The notes: generated from the letters alone by a model not told the origin. Positions 48,527 to 62,640 are shown, counted from the first letter of the stretch. The stretch: DNA of 64,000 nucleotides from Torpedo marmorata (GCA_977017645.1 OZ360233.1:18290001-18354000); one strand, 5' to 3'. Translations and numbers: made by a program.

Positions 48527-51230
48527 CATTTATTTCTATCACCCGTTATTAATTTTGATTCCCATTTATATATAAAATCTTCTGGTATTTTTTCTCCTTT
48601 CTTATCTAATTCTATTTTAATCCACGTTGACTTCTCTCCTTCTTGACAAAAAGATGCTATAAATTTCATTTGTGCTGCTTTATAATAATTCCTAAAATCT
48701 GGAAGTTGTAAACCTCCCAACTCATATCTGCATGTTAATTATTCTAAAGAAACCCTCGACATCTTACCCTTCCAAAGAGAGTTCCTTATAAATTTATTTA
48801 ATTCTTGTAAAAACGTTTGTGGTAATAGTGTCGGTAATGTTTGAAACAAATATTATAGCCCTCTGTTGAAACATTTGATTAATATGTGGAAAAAAAGCAA
48901 ACATTGATGATGAAATGAGGGGATCTCTGTTATCAAGAATGTCTTTCAAAGAATGAAAGATAAGTTTAATGTAGCAAACAATACAATCTTTGCTTACTAT
49001 CAAATCAGAGCATTTTTAGTTGAAAGGTTGGGCCATAGTTTGATTTTACCAAGACAGACAGAATTGGAATTATTAGTTACCAATGGAGGTGTTAATAAAT
49101 TTATTTCTCAAATGTATAGATTGTTACAGAGGAAAATGCCTAAAGCAGGAATTCATAAATCATGATTAAATTGGGAAACAGATTTGAACGTAACAACAGA
49201 TGAAGAAAATTGGAAAGAATTATGTAAACAAAGTATGAGGAAAATTATTAATGTTAGATATAGATTGGTGCAATATAAGTTTTTCATCAATTATATTTAA
49301 CACCTAAAAAATTAAAGAAATGTAATCCAACATTATCCGGCTTATGCTTTCGATGTAATAGAGAGGAAGGTTCTTTTGTACATTCTACATGGCTTTGTCC
49401 AAAGATATATGATTTTTGGTTGAAAGTTAAAAAGTTTTTAGATAAAGTATTACGAATTAAACTCCCAATGGATCCTATGATATTTTTGTTTGGAGATATT
49501 AAAAGAACCAGTGTTAAAATGAAATGAAATATGTATCAAACAGAATTTTTACGTATTGCTTTAGCTGTTTCCAAGAAATGTATTGCCATTACATGGAAAT
49601 CGGATGTAGAATTATGGTTAGAAAGATGGCATGCAGAATTGCGTTCATGTATACCACTTGAAAAAAGTACTTATAATTTACGTAATAAATATCATTTCTT
49701 TTTGAAAATATGGAGCCCATATATAAAAACTGTCGGTTTAAGGATTTGAAGATCTCCGGATATTGTATCTGAGTGGCGAACCTGTGTTCCACAATAAAAT
49801 TAGTTTATAGTTGTTTTGTTTAGAGTGACATTCTCCTTACTTTATCTTTTTCTTCCTTCTTTCTTTCTTTCGGGAGGGTTAGGGAGGGGAGGGAGGGGGG
49901 TGAAAATGTATCACATGTGATCTGATAATTTTTCATTTTAAACTATGTACTGTGTGATTTAAAATTTTTTAAATAAAATATTTAAAAAAAAGAATGTCTT
50001 TAATTCAAAATCGACTTATTCCTTTTACAATAGATAATCAACTATTACATGTATGTTCTCGCAAAAGAATTAAATATATAGAAGATTGTTATGAAGCCGA
50101 TAAATTAATGTCATTTGAACAATTAAGATATAAATATGGAATACAAAATAATACACTTTTTATTACTATCATTTAAAAGCATATTTAAGAGAAAAATTAG
50201 GCCCAACAATATTATTACCGAAACCTAGTGACATTGAAATTTTGATTCGAAATAGACGTATAAAAAGTTTTACTTCAGTTATGTATAATTTATTACATAA
50301 AGGAGCTTTAAAAATGGGATTCATAGATCTAGACAAAGATGGGAGATGGATCTGAATATAAATATTTATGAACGAAATTGGTCGGAGCTATGTCGAGATA
50401 GTATGCCAATACAATAAATGTTAGGTATAGATTGGTTCAATATAATTTCTTGCATAAATTATATATTTCACCACAGAAACTGAAAATGTTAAAATCAGAG
50501 TTATCAGATCAATGTTTTAGATGTAATCAGGAAATAGGAACTTTTTTATATTCAACTTGGTCTTGCCCTAAAGTAAGATCTTTTAGGACAGATTTAAAAA
50601 CCCTTTTCGAACAGATTATGAGAATTAAATTTCCACAAGATCCAATGTTGTTTTTATTAGGTAATATTGAGGCGAAAAGACACAAATTCAAATTAAATAT
50701 TTATCAAATTTTAAAAATAATTGCGTTAGCAGTTGCAAAAAATGTATAGGAGTAACTTGGAAATCAGACTCCCATTTGGGTATGCAAAGGTGGAATACAG
50801 AAATGCGTAGTTGTATCCCACTTCAGAAGATTACTTACAATTTAAGAAATTATTATGATGTATTTTTGAAAATATGGCGCCCATATTTACAAACTGTAGG
50901 AATAAACTTATAGTTTTGTCTTTTCCCTTATCAAGTGCCTCATCAATTTCCCCCTGAGGAATATATGAAGAACAAAAAAGTAACTAATTAAAAACCGTGA
51001 TGTAGGTTGCGACATTTTACCATTCAGGTCACTTTATCTTTCTTCATACTTTTCTTTTATTTCTTTTCATTCTTCTTTTCGGGGATTTTGGTTTGGGGAG
51101 GGGGGAGGGGGGCTGGGGTTTAACCATCGTGTATCTGTAGTGTAATAATAATAAATTGACATCTTGCTATGTATTATATGATTGTGCATGTATGGATACA
51201 ATTTTTAAAATACAATATACAAAAAAAATC
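48527..51230. mobile_element. 5'-inverted L1 (minus 48527-~48850, plus ~48855-51230) carrying a nested L1 3' fragment at 48947-49989
   Basis: Minus part ends ..WESKLITGDRN and the plus part resumes SPLLKHLINMW; nested insert flanked by TSD AAGAATGTCTTT (48935-48946 / 49990-50001). Confidence 0.75.
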
Positions 51231-53975
51231 AGAAAGTATCGACTGAACAAAATGCCTAACTTGTCAGTATCCAAAAAGATGGCTGTCAGTAAGTTTAGAT
51301 TTTGATGTCAATTTTTCGAAAGAAGCAGAATTAACTCGAATAAAAAGATCCTTGAAACTTTCTATACCTAATCTGTACCACTCCTTAAAACCTGTGTCTA
51401 ACAAGGAAGGCTGAAAATGATGATTATGTATAATAGGGCTGGCAAGAGAAAAACTATGATATCCAAAACATTTCCTAAATTATGCCCATATTCTCAACCT
51501 ATGCCTCGTTATCGGATTATCCGTAAATTTAGAAAAAGTAAAAGGGTAAAGAAGAACCTAAAATTGCCAACATGGATGAGTTTTTAGAAAAAATCAGTTC
51601 CATTTATTCCCAGGAAGGGCGATCGATTAAATTATCAAAATGTAATAATAATAACAAATTACGTATATTGACTGCCCAATAATAAAATCTGAAATTTGGA
51701 AGTGATATTCCCCTATTCCTTTTAGTCTTTTGAAGATGAGCCTTATTTATACGAGGTTGTTTTCCTTGCCATATATACGAAGAAATAATCGAATGTAATG
51801 AATTAAAGAAGGATTTAGGAATAAAAATTGGTAAAGATTGAAAATGATACATAAATCTAGTTAAATGTTTATTTTAATTGCATTATACGTCAAATCATGG
51901 TAATAAATAGGGGTGACCATCCTGATAATAATACTTCAGTCTGATTAATTAGTACCGAAAGTTTTTCTTTCAATAGGTTTTTATAACTTCTAATAATTTT
52001 AATTCCCAGATATCTGAATTGATCTTTAACTATAATTGGCATATCTTGAAAAGGACCCTTTTAGGGGTAATAATTCACTCTTATACAGATTTATTTTATA
52101 ACCCGAAAACTAACTAAATTGGAAAAATAAGGTTAATATACTTGGTATAGAAGTCTCAGGATTTGAAATAAAGAGCAAAATATCGTCTGCATAAGAGAAA
52201 CTTTATGTTAAACTCCATGCCTGATTATTCCAGTAACATCTCTACTCTCACGAAGGGCAACTGCTAGGGATCCAAAATCTGGTCAAAAAGCAAAGGGTTT
52301 AAAGGGCAACCTTGTCTAGTTCCCCTATAAAGCCTAAAAAGTTTCTATTGTTGTGAATTAGAACGATTTCAAGCCGGAGGACATGAATATAATAGTTTAA
52401 TCCACAAAAAAATTTGGAGCAAAATTAAATTTTCTTAAGGTCGAAAACAAATATTCCCATTCCACTCGATCGAACGCCTTCTCGGCATCTCATGAAAGAA
52501 CACATTCAGTCGATGGAGTGGAAGGTAAATATAGAATATTCAATAGTCGATGTATATTATAGTAAGAGTAACTATTTTTAATAAAACCTGTCTGGTCTGT
52601 ATCAATAATTAATAGTAAATATTCTCTAATCTATGAGCTAGAACTTTACATAAAATCTTCATGTCTACGTTAAGTGATGAAATAGATCTATAAGATGTAC
52701 ATTCAGTTGGTTCCTTCCCTTTTTACAAAATAAGAGATATACTTGCTTCATTAAAAGAGGATGGAAGCTTCCCATCCTTAAACGAGTCCCCAATCACTGA
52801 ACGTAGATGAGGTAAAAGCCATTTGGAGAAAGATTTGTAAAATTAGGCAGGATATCCATCTGGTCCTGGAGATTTACCAGATTGTTATGAGGAAATAGCT
52901 AAAAATATTTCCTCTTGAGAGATAGGTGCCTCCAGACTTGTACGTCTGTCCTGGGTAAGGATAGGTAAATTTAAGCGATCTACACAATCCGACATTGAAG
53001 TAATATCTTTATCAAATTCAGAAGTATAAAGGTTAGAATAAAATTCTATAAAAGTCTCATTTATTTCAAAATAATCTGTACTCGTTTTACCATCTCTCGT
53101 CCGAATTTCTTGTTGATTTGCTTTTTAGCTGAAATTCCTTTTAATTGTCCAGCCAATAATTTACCAGATTTTCCCCCATGAATATAAAAATGACTCCTAC
53201 ACCTCAACAATTGCTGTTTAATAGGGTAAGTAGAGAGAAGGTCAAATTTATTTTTAAGTTCAACTCTTCTTTTATATAAATCTGGATTTTTATCTTGAGC
53301 AAATAATAAATCAATTTGTTTAATCTGATTAATTCATTCCAACCTTTCCTTTGTGGTCTTTATCTTAATATTGGCTGTATAAGAAATGATCTGCCCTCTC
53401 AAATAAGCCTTCATTGTGTCCCACACAATCAGATTAGATATCATTGGGGAAGAGTTGGTAGTAAAAAAAACTGTATTTTCCTCTCAATAAAATTTAAAAA
53501 TTATTTGTCCGCAAGTAAAGATGTATTAAATCTCCATTGCCTTTTTTTAAATGGAAAATCAGAAAAATTCAAAGTCAGGATAACAGGAGCATGATCGGAT
53601 ATAACTATTCCTTAGTATTCACATGTTTTAGTCATGGAAATCAATTGGTTGTCAATTAAAAAGTATTCAATTCAAGAGTAAGAACGATGCACATTTGAAA
53701 AAAAAGATTATTCTTTATTGTTGGGATTTAAAAAAAGCCACACATATGAAACACCAAGATTTAATAAAGAAGACTGAACTACAGCTGCGGATTTAGGGAG
53801 AATGGCTGGTGTTGAAGAAGAACGATCTAAAAGCGTATTTAAAAAGCAATTAAAATCTCCTCCCAAAATCAATGAGTACTGATTTAAATCAGGTAGGGCT
53901 TATATATTTCCAAAAATGCCGGCTCATCAATATGTGGGGCGTAAACATTAGCCAATAATAGAAACTCCTCCGCAT
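51230..53975 (-). mobile_element. Decayed L1-clade ORF2
   Basis: [47 protein letters not shown] remnants. Confidence 0.85.
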
Positions 53976-54013
53976 CGGAAGAGGAATGAAAACATTGCCC
54001 CTTCCATCTAAAC

Positions 54014-54388
54014 CAATGGTTTTCAAACTGCCCCCCTAAACTCACATTCCACCTTAAGTAATCCCTATGCCATAAATTCTGTGTGATTAGTAAGGGATTG
54101 CTTAAGGTGGTATGTGAGTGGATATAAAAAGGTTTGAAAACCACTGTTTTAATCATACCTAATTGACTCGTTATGTGCACGGTTTCATAACTCCAAAGGA
54201 AATGGGCCAATGACAATTTTCTCAAGCAAAATATTTCAGTAACAATTGGGTCTGGAATAGTGGTTCTCAACCTTTCCTTCCCACTCACATACCACATTAA
54301 GCAACCTCTTACAATTCACAGAGCAATTATGGTATAACGATTGCTTAAGGTGGAAAGTGAGTTTAGGGGGGTAGTTTCAAAACCACTG
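54014..54388. mobile_element. Non-autonomous hAT-type element (MITE) with 8-bp TSD
   Basis: Ends CAATGGTTTTCAAAC...GTTTCAAAACCACTG; TSD ATCTAAAC at 54006-54013 and 54389-54396. Confidence 0.8.
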
Positions 54389-54659
54389 ATCTAAACATTA
54401 GTCAAGTGAAGTCAAGTCAAGTCAACTTTATTTGTCGTTCATTACCATATAAACAGTAAGACGAGATAACGATTCTCCAGGACCATGGGCAGATGTACAT
54501 AAATATCATAATACAATAGAAAAACTATAACATGCTAATACACATATATATCTAGGAATTGAGAAGCTTGATGGCTTGGGGGAAAAAACTGTTGCACAGT
54601 CTGGAAGTACGAGCCCGAGTGCTTCGGTACCTCCTTCCAGATGGCAAAGGGGAAAACAG

Positions 54660-56005
54660 TTTTTAAAAGATTCATTTATCTCTTGAGGTTTGTAAGTTAT
54701 TTCTCCAGTATTTTTCTTCCTTATAGCATTTATAGTTTTAGAAACTTGTTCCTTTTTCAATTGCCATGCCAAAACCTTATGTGCTCTTTCTCCTAATTCA
54801 TAATATCTTTGTTTAGTTTTCTGAATTAATTTTTCCATTCTATATGTTTGCAACAAATTATAATGTAATTTCTTCCCTATTAAACGATTTCTTTTTTGAA
54901 TTGATCTATTTCTCTGTAAAACTTTCTCCATAAGTTCAATTTCCGTCTCCAATTTTTCTGATTCACTAAGATAATCTTTCTTAATTTTAACGGAATAACT
55001 TATCATTAAGCCCCTTAAATAAGCTTTTAAAGCTTCCCAAACTATAAATTTATCATTAGTAGAGTTAACATTTATTCGTAAAAACTCCTGAATTTCTCTT
55101 CTTATATATTCACAAAAATCTTTCCTTTTTAATAACGACTAATCAAATCTCCAATTATATATAATTTTTTCTCTTTCCGGGATTATACAAGACAATAACA
55201 AAGGTGAGTGATCAGAAATTACCCTCGCTTTATAAGATACTTGCGTTATTCTATCTTGAACTTGTGATGATAATAAAAATAAATCTATTCTAGAATATGA
55301 ATCATGTCTAAAAGAGTAAAATGAATAATCTTTTTCCCTAGGATTCAATCTCCTCCAAATATCTATTAAGTTTAAATCTTTCATCAAACTAAGAACTTTT
55401 TTCACAATTTTAGGTCTAACAGATGATCTTGAAGTTCTATCCATTATTGAATCTAAACAACAATTGAAGTCTCCCCCAATTAAAATATTCTCATTAGCAT
55501 CTGATAAATGCAAAAAAGCATCTTGGATAAACTGCTCATCGTCTGGATTTGACACATATAAATTCATAAGTGTCCAAGATTCTGAATACATTTGACAATG
55601 TACCAAAACATATCTTCCTGCTACGTCTGTAATTACCGATTGTATCTTAAAAGGTAATTTTTTATTAACTAATATAGCTACACATCTTGCTTTAGAGTTT
55701 AATGAAGAAGACACCACATGGCCAACCCACTCTCTTTTTAATTTTTGATGTTCCAACTCTATCAAATGAGTCTCTTGTAAGAAAGCTATATCTACCTTCA
55801 ACTTTTTAATATATGCTAAAGTTTTCTTTCGCTTAATTGGATTATTAAGCCCATTTATATTTATACGTACTAAGTTTATATTCTTACTATCCATCATAAT
55901 CAAATTGTATAAGATTTTTCTCTTTTCTTTCTATTCTTTACTTTACTTGAGGGGATATCAAGTAGTTCACAATTTAGGAGGGGAAAGCCAGTGGATTTGA
56001 TTGAA
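54660..56005 (-). mobile_element. L1-clade ORF2 5' part (endonuclease), relative of 13200-17526
   Basis: ORFs 55139-55903 and 54506-55006: NINGLNNPIKRKK, FLQETH, GGDFN, SDH, YYELGERAHKVLAW. Confidence 0.9.
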
Positions 56006-56530
56006 ACAGAATAACAGGTGTTAATTGGATATGGATGGAGGATAAGTGAGAATTGATTTTGACTCTGTGAAGGGAGNNNNNNNNNNNNNNNNNNNNNNNN
56101 NNNNNNNNNNNNNNNNNNNNNNNNNNNNNNNNNNNNNNNNNNNNNNNNNNNNNNNNNNNNNNNNNNNNNNNNNNNNNNNNNNNNNNNNNNNNNNNNNNNN
56201 NNNNNNNNNNNNNNNNNNNNNNNNNNNGGAAAAGCGACAGGAGGAAGTAGAACGGGAGATGTTGAACGAAAAATTGAGAAGTCGATGTTAATGCCATCCG
56301 GTTGGAGGGTGCCCAGACGGAAGATGAGGTGTTGCTCCTCCAACTTGCACGTGGTCACAGTCTGGCAGTGCATGAGACCATGGACAGACATGTCAGAAAG
56401 TGAGTGGATCGGGGAATTGAAATGGGTGGCCACTGGGAGATCCACGCGATGGCGGCGGAGAGAGGCGAGGTGCTCAATAAAGCGATCTCAGAGTCTGCGC
56501 CCAGTGTCTGCGATGTAGAGGAGACAAGAG
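56006..56530 (-). mobile_element. Penelope-like fragment (paralogue of 18851-19515)
   Basis: PVATHFNSPIHS...LEEQHLIFRLGTLQPDGINIDF. Confidence 0.75.
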
Positions 56531-56763
56531 AAGACTGGAAACGAAGCAGGAGCGGGAAGGGCAGAGAAAGACAACCAGAGAGACTGTATTTAGACCTGCT
56601 CGTTTATATTGGTTCCAGCGCAGCGCCATCCAGAGCGAATGACCAATCCTGTGCGAGGAAAAGCCACCAATCTCGAAGCGGCGGCTGCTGCTGACGTAAA
56701 GTTGTAAATATAGCATGACAACATGTGAGAAAATATTGTTCCTTTGACCTTCATTCGGGCACC

Positions 56764-57231
56764 ATGTCCCTCAAGAGGTACCTGCTGATTGTATGGGCCA
56801 TTCTGGCAGGTGAGTCTCTGTGTGATGAGACAGTGCGTCCCGCGGATTCAGCGCAATCCCGTGCCGCTCACACACTCCGTGTTTCATTCCAGGCACGAAT
56901 GGGGAGGAATCCGTGACCCAAGGACCGCCGGAAATGACGGCCGAGGAAAGACAGACCGTGCCACTGAGTTGTAGTTACTCGACGAGTCAAGCCGCATATT
57001 TTTGGTACCTTCAACATCTTGGAGAACCTCCCAAATATTTGCTGAAAATGTACAGCTCGGGAGAAGTGGTTCCGTCTCACGATTGTCCGGATCGGATGTC
57101 GGGTTCTTTGGAGAAAAAGAACCAGCGCCTTCATTTGACTATCTCAGGGGCTCTGTGAAGGTCTCCGCCACGTATTTCTGCGCCGTGCGGCCCACACTGT
57201 TCCTGGGCGATGACGGATCCGCACAAAAACT
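56764..57231 (+). pseudogene. TCR V pseudogene (paralogue of 19747)
   Basis: Intact leader; 1-bp deletion in FR3 gives TGA at 57156-57158; RSS 57193-57231 intact. Confidence 0.85.
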
Positions 57232-57609
57232 CGTTTTGAGAATGAGGAAGGTGCCGTGCAGCGCCGCGATTTACCCTTGCCTGAGCAAAGGCGATTATCT
57301 TCCTCCCCGTTCAGAGCAAAACGGGGATCAATGTGAACAGCGTTTTACCAGAGAGGAGCGGAGACAGGAAATAAAGGGAAAGAGAGTTAGCGAGAGATTG
57401 ATAGAAATTGAGAGAGAGAGAGGAAGAGAGAGATTAAGTTGAGCAGTGAGAGAGAGAGGGAGTGAATGGAAGAGGGAGGGATGTGATGGACGAAGAGAGA
57501 CGAAAACGCAAGGGATGGCGACCGAGAGCGGTACTGAGAGTATGATAGTGAGTGAATGAGGAATACATTGAGCGAGGAGGATGGGGAGTGAGCGGGAGTG
57601 GATTCAGAA

Positions 57610-57640
<31 letters not shown>

Positions 57641-57653
57641 GTGAGAGAGCGAG

Positions 57654-57684
<31 letters not shown>

Positions 57685-57907
57685 TGTGGAGTATACAGAG
57701 AGGCGGAGAAACGCGAGAAGGATGGAGAATTGGAGACGGTCGGCATTAACAACCTGCTCAATGGTAGCGTCAACCTGACCCAAAAAGAAATGCTGTGCGA
57801 CGAAAACGACCTGTGCATCCCCCGGGGTTGGATGCTCCTGACCACCCCATCTCGTATATCGGTGTAACATGAGGAAAGGTTATTCATTTGACTTACATTC
57901 GGGCACC

Positions 57908-58352
57908 ATGTACCCCCTGATTTGTTTGCTGACTCTATCGGCCGTTCTGCCTGGTGAGTGTCTCTCTGGTTTATCAGCACGTGTCCGCCGGTTCAGCGAT
58001 TCGTGTTTCGTTCTCGAAATGATTGGGGAAGTTTATGTAACCTATGGACCGCCGGAACGCATGACAGAGGAATTACAGACCGTGTTACTGAGCTGCAGTT
58101 ACTTGATGAGTACCTCCGCACATTTTTGGTACATTCAATATCCTGGAGAACCTCCCAGATTTTGATGAAAATGTACAACTGCGGCGATGTGGTTACGCCT
58201 CAAGATTTCGGAAGAAGATGTCGGATTTCTTTGAGGCAAAGAGCCAGAGGGTCCACTTGACTGTCTACGGGACGCTTGAGTCGGACTCCGCCGTGTATAT
58301 CTGCGTCGTGAAGCCCACTATTCCAGAGCGATGGCGGGTCCGTATAAAACGA
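57908..58352 (+). pseudogene. TCR V pseudogene (paralogue of 20934)
   Basis: Frameshifts, acceptor AG lost, degenerate RSS; CTCF-like CCACCAGGGGGCG at 58370-58382. Confidence 0.8.
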
Positions 58353-59229
58353 AATCGAAATGGGCAGTGCCACCAGGGGGCGTGCTCTTCCCCCAACACA
58401 GTGCGGACCAGTGCACAGGACGGAGTCGGCAACTGTGCCTCCGGGCCAGAGTCGTCTCTAAAATGCAGCGCCGAGATATAGCCTGGCGTGAGCAAGGACG
58501 TTTGTCTCACTCACTATTCCGAGGCGGATGGGAGGAATTCAGACAAAAGCGCGAATCTGGTGGTCCGCCTTTTGCGAGAGAGGGGGAGAGACAGGGTCTG
58601 CTGCGAAAGGAAGTGAGCGAAAGGGTGAATGAAGTTCAGTAGAAAGAAGGTGATGAGTGAGAGAGAGTGAATGAAAGGGAGAGATCGTGATTGACGAAGA
58701 GAGGTATCACAGGAGGGAGGCAGTGGGGAGGGAGTGGTAAGTAAGGAAGAGTGTGAAAATTATTTAATGAAGGAGACATTGAGAGTGCAAGAGCGGGAGA
58801 GGGACAGAGGGAATGTGTGACAGGGGGAGAAAGAAATTGTAGGGCAGGGAGCGATACGCACTGCTCTCGAAAGATTAAATAAGTGTAAGACGGAGTCGCG
58901 TAGAGCTAGGAAGCATAACAGAACGCGAGAAGGGCGTGAAGGTGCAGGAAAACGAGTGAAGGTGATGGAAAGGGCGGAGCGAGAGAAAAGAAGAGAGAGA
59001 CGTGGGGAGTGTAAATATAGGTGGAGAAACACGTCCGAAAAAGACGGAGAATGAGAAACGGCCAACATTAAAAAACAGTTTTCATTGGTTCAACAACGGC
59101 GCTCTCTTGAGCCCATGTGCGAGGAGGGCGCCCTCCTGTGTGTCCTAGAGGATGAGCTGCTACTAACGAGACCCCACTGTCTTATATCGGGGCAGAATAT
59201 GGAAATATTCGGCTGTTCTCCTTCATTCT

Positions 59230-59691
59230 GGCTTCCTCACCATCCAGTAGTTTGCTGATTCTATGGGCCGTTCTGCTTGGCGAGTCTCTGTTTGATTGGT
59301 CAGCGCGTGTCCCTCCCGGCTCAGCGCAATTCCTCGCATATCACACACTGCGTGTTTCATTCCAGGCACAAATGTGGAAATCTAGTGACCCACGGACCGA
59401 CGGAACGGATGGCCGCAGGAAGTGTCGCTGAGCTCTGGTTACCCGAAAAAGGCTACCGTATGTTTTTGGTTCATTCAAGTTCCCGTGGAGTATTGGATAT
59501 ATTTGGTGAAAATGTACAGCGCAGGAGATGAGGTTCCGTGTCACGATTGTCTGGACAGGATGACGGGTTCCTTGGAGAAAAGGGGCCGGATGCCTTAATA
59601 TCTCCGAAGCTCTTGAAGCGGACCTGGCCGTTTATGTCTGCGCGGTGCGGCTCACACTGTTCCTGGGATATTGCGGAGAGGCACAAAAGCT
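59230..59691 (+). pseudogene. TCR V pseudogene (paralogue of 1130)
   Basis: No leader ATG, frameshifts; RSS 59653-59691. Confidence 0.85.
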
Positions 59692-60111
59692 CATTCTGAG
59701 ATGGGAAGTAGTTTGAGAGTAAATGGCAGAAAGAAGACGGGAGAGCGTGTTAAGGATTGCGAAAAGTTAAGCAGGTGAAAACGTGAGACAGAGTGAGGTA
59801 GAGCAATAGAACGAAAGAAGGGGAGAGAGGGTGGAGTGAGTGAAAGGGAGGGAGGAGATACACAGATGGAAGGAGAAAGATGCAGCGAGTGTACAGATAG
59901 TGGGTGATATTTGCGTGAAGGACCGGGAACGAGATGCAGACTATCTTACCAACTCGGTCTGATTGGTTCAATAATGGCCACTCGAACCAATCCTGTGTGA
60001 GGGAAACACTCACATATCTGTCCTTGGCGTTGGTTCGCTCATAACATCGCCCCACCCCTTGTATTGCGGTAACACAAATAACTATTCGATTTTGACCTTA
60101 CTCCGCGTACC

Positions 60112-60157
60112 ATGTCCTCCCTGAGTTGTTTGCTGATTCTGTGGGCCGTTCTGACTG
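60112..60157 (+). other. Upstream (second) leader exon
   Basis: MSSLSCLLILWAVLT-G, GTGAGT donor. Confidence 0.8.
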
Positions 60158-60510
60158 GTGAGTCTGTCTGATTGGTCAGCGACGTCTGTCCATCGTCCTT
60201 GCTCTACGAGTCTCCCTCTTTAACTTAATTAAAGGTGGACAATTCCCCCAGGTCATACCCTCTCCGTCGCACGTTTCCCACCGTTTACTCATTTACACAC
60301 TCTCTGTTTACTGAACTTCCTCACATCGCTCTGTCGCTCTATTTCTGTCGCTCTATCTCTAACTCTCTCTCTCTCGCTCCTCGCCGTTCTCGTGAAAGAG
60401 AACCGGCTCGTGTCTCCAACAGAGTTTCTGCTGCTTCCGACGTGAGTTTGCGCTCTTCTATCGGGCGAGCATTTGTAAAATATTCTTCCTTCGAATTTAA
60501 TCCGGGCATC

Positions 60511-60936
60511 ATGTTCCTCCTTTGCCCTTCGCTGATTCTATGGGCCGTTCTGCCTGGTGAGACTGATTGATCAACACGTGTTCCGCGGGGTCAGCGGCGT
60601 TTCGCGCCGTTCACACATTCTGTCTTTTGTTCCAGGGGCGAGTGGGAACGATTCAGTGACCCAAGAACCGCCGGAATTGATTGTCAATGAAGGGCAGATC
60701 GTATCACTGAGCTGCAGTTACTCGATGAATCCCAATGCATATTTTTGGTACATTCAACGTCCTGGAGAATCTCCCAAATATTTGCTAAAAATCTACACGT
60801 CAGGAGATGTGGTTCCGTCTCCCGATTGTCCGGAGAGGATATCGGGTTCATTGGAGAAAAAGAGCCAGAGATCCCACCTCAATAACTCGAAAACCCGTGT
60901 GGAGGATTCTGCCGTGTATCTCTGCGCCATGAAGCT
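60511..60936 (+). CDS. TRAV: TCR alpha/delta-type V segment, open (leader 60511-60556, V exon 60636-60936)
   Basis: ASGNDSVTQEPPELIVNEGQIVSLSCSYSMNPNAYFWYIQ...EDSAVYLCAMK; RSS 60937-60975 CACACTG/23/ACAAAAACT. Confidence 0.85.
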
Positions 60937-61914
60937 CACACTGTTCCAGGGCGGTGTCAGACCCGCACAAAAACTCACCTCGAGACATTGAATCGGACCC
61001 TATGGCTAGGGGGCGCTCTCGGCCACGCAATGGAAGCGAATACACGACCTTCCTGTAGATTCTGCTGCAACGCCGAGTTACAGGAGATTTTCTCTCCTCT
61101 GAGCGTTTCTCTTTCTCTGCGTCCCCTGTGTCTCATTCCGTAATTTGAGGTGGACGGTAGGAAGTCAGGGGGAGAGGAAGAAATGGATAGCTTTTTGACA
61201 GAATATTGTATGAAAATGAAGGAGTGTTTGTTAGATGGAAATTGAGAGGTTAAAAAAGCGGTAAACCGCGCGGGTAGGTGTGACCGGTAGGTGATCCTTC
61301 GGCCTCTCCTTCCCAAAATCAACAACAAGCTCATTGGTCCTGGTGAAAATAAGAACATAATTGTTGTTCTCGAACCACCAAACCAGGTTCATGATCTCCA
61401 TTCTGCATTCTGACTCATCTTTTCCAGTTATTTGGCCAACACTGGTGGTGTCTTCAGCTAATTTGTCGGTTGAGCTGGGGCTGAACTTGGCTGAACGGTC
61501 AATTGGTGCACATGGCAGAGATTGAAGGGAGGGAGAGATTGGCACTGCTCTCGTAAGATTAAATAAGTGTAAGACGGAGTCGCGTCGAGGCAGGAAGCTT
61601 AACAGAACGCGAGAAGGGGCGGGAGGGTGCAGGAGAACAAGTGAAAGTGATGACAGGGTGGAGCGAGAGTGAAGAAGAGGGAGACGTGGGAATGTAAATA
61701 TAGGCGGAGAAACACGTGCGAAAAAGAGCGAGAATTAGAAATGGTCAACATTAACAACCAGTTTTCGTTGGTCCAACAACGGCTTCTTATTGCGCCCATG
61801 TGCGAGGAGGGCGCCCTTCTCTCTGACCTAGACGATGGGCTGCTACTGACGAGACCCCATGTCTAATATCGGGGCATAAATGTTGAAATGTTCGTCTGGT
61901 CATCTTCATCCCGG

Positions 61915-62387
61915 CTTCCTCCCCAAGTTGAGTTGTTTGTTGAATCTATGGGCCGTTCTGCTTGGCGAGTCTCTGTCTGATTGGTCAGCGCGTTTCCCAC
62001 CGGCTCAGCGAAATTCCTCGCACATCACACACTGCGTGTTCGTTCCAGGCACAAATGGGGAAATCTAGTGACCCACGGACCGCCGGAACGGATGGCCGCG
62101 TGAAGGCAGACCGTGTCACTGAGCTCCAGGTACCCAACAACGGCTACCGTATATTTTTGGTACATTCAAATTCCCGTGGAATCTTGGATAGAGATGTTGA
62201 AAATCTACAACTCAGGAAATGTGGTTCCATCTCACGGTTGTCCGGACAGGATGACGGGTTCCTTGGAGAATATGGGCCGGATATTCCACCTCATTATCCC
62301 CAAAGCTCTTGAGCGGGACTTGGCCGTTTATCTCTGCACGGTGCTACTCATGCTGTTCCTGGGAAATTGCGGAGACGCACAAAAGCT
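61915..62387 (+). pseudogene. TCR V pseudogene (paralogue of 3795)
   Basis: Stop at V start (GTNGEI*), Cys23 lost, heptamer CATGCTG. Confidence 0.85.
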
Positions 62388-62640
62388 CATTCTGAGATGG
62401 GAAGTGGTTTGAGAGAAAACGTAAGAAAGAAGACGGAAGAACGCGATAAGAATTGCGAAACGTTAAGCAGGTGAAAGAGTGAGACAGAATGAGCTTGTGG
62501 AATAGAACAAGAGAAGGGGAGAGATGGTGGAGTGAGTGAAAGGGAGGGAGGAGATACACAGAGGGAAGGAGGAAGACGCGGGTTAGTGTACAGATAGAGG
62601 GAGAAACTTGCGTGAAGGAAGGGGAACGAGATGCAGACTT

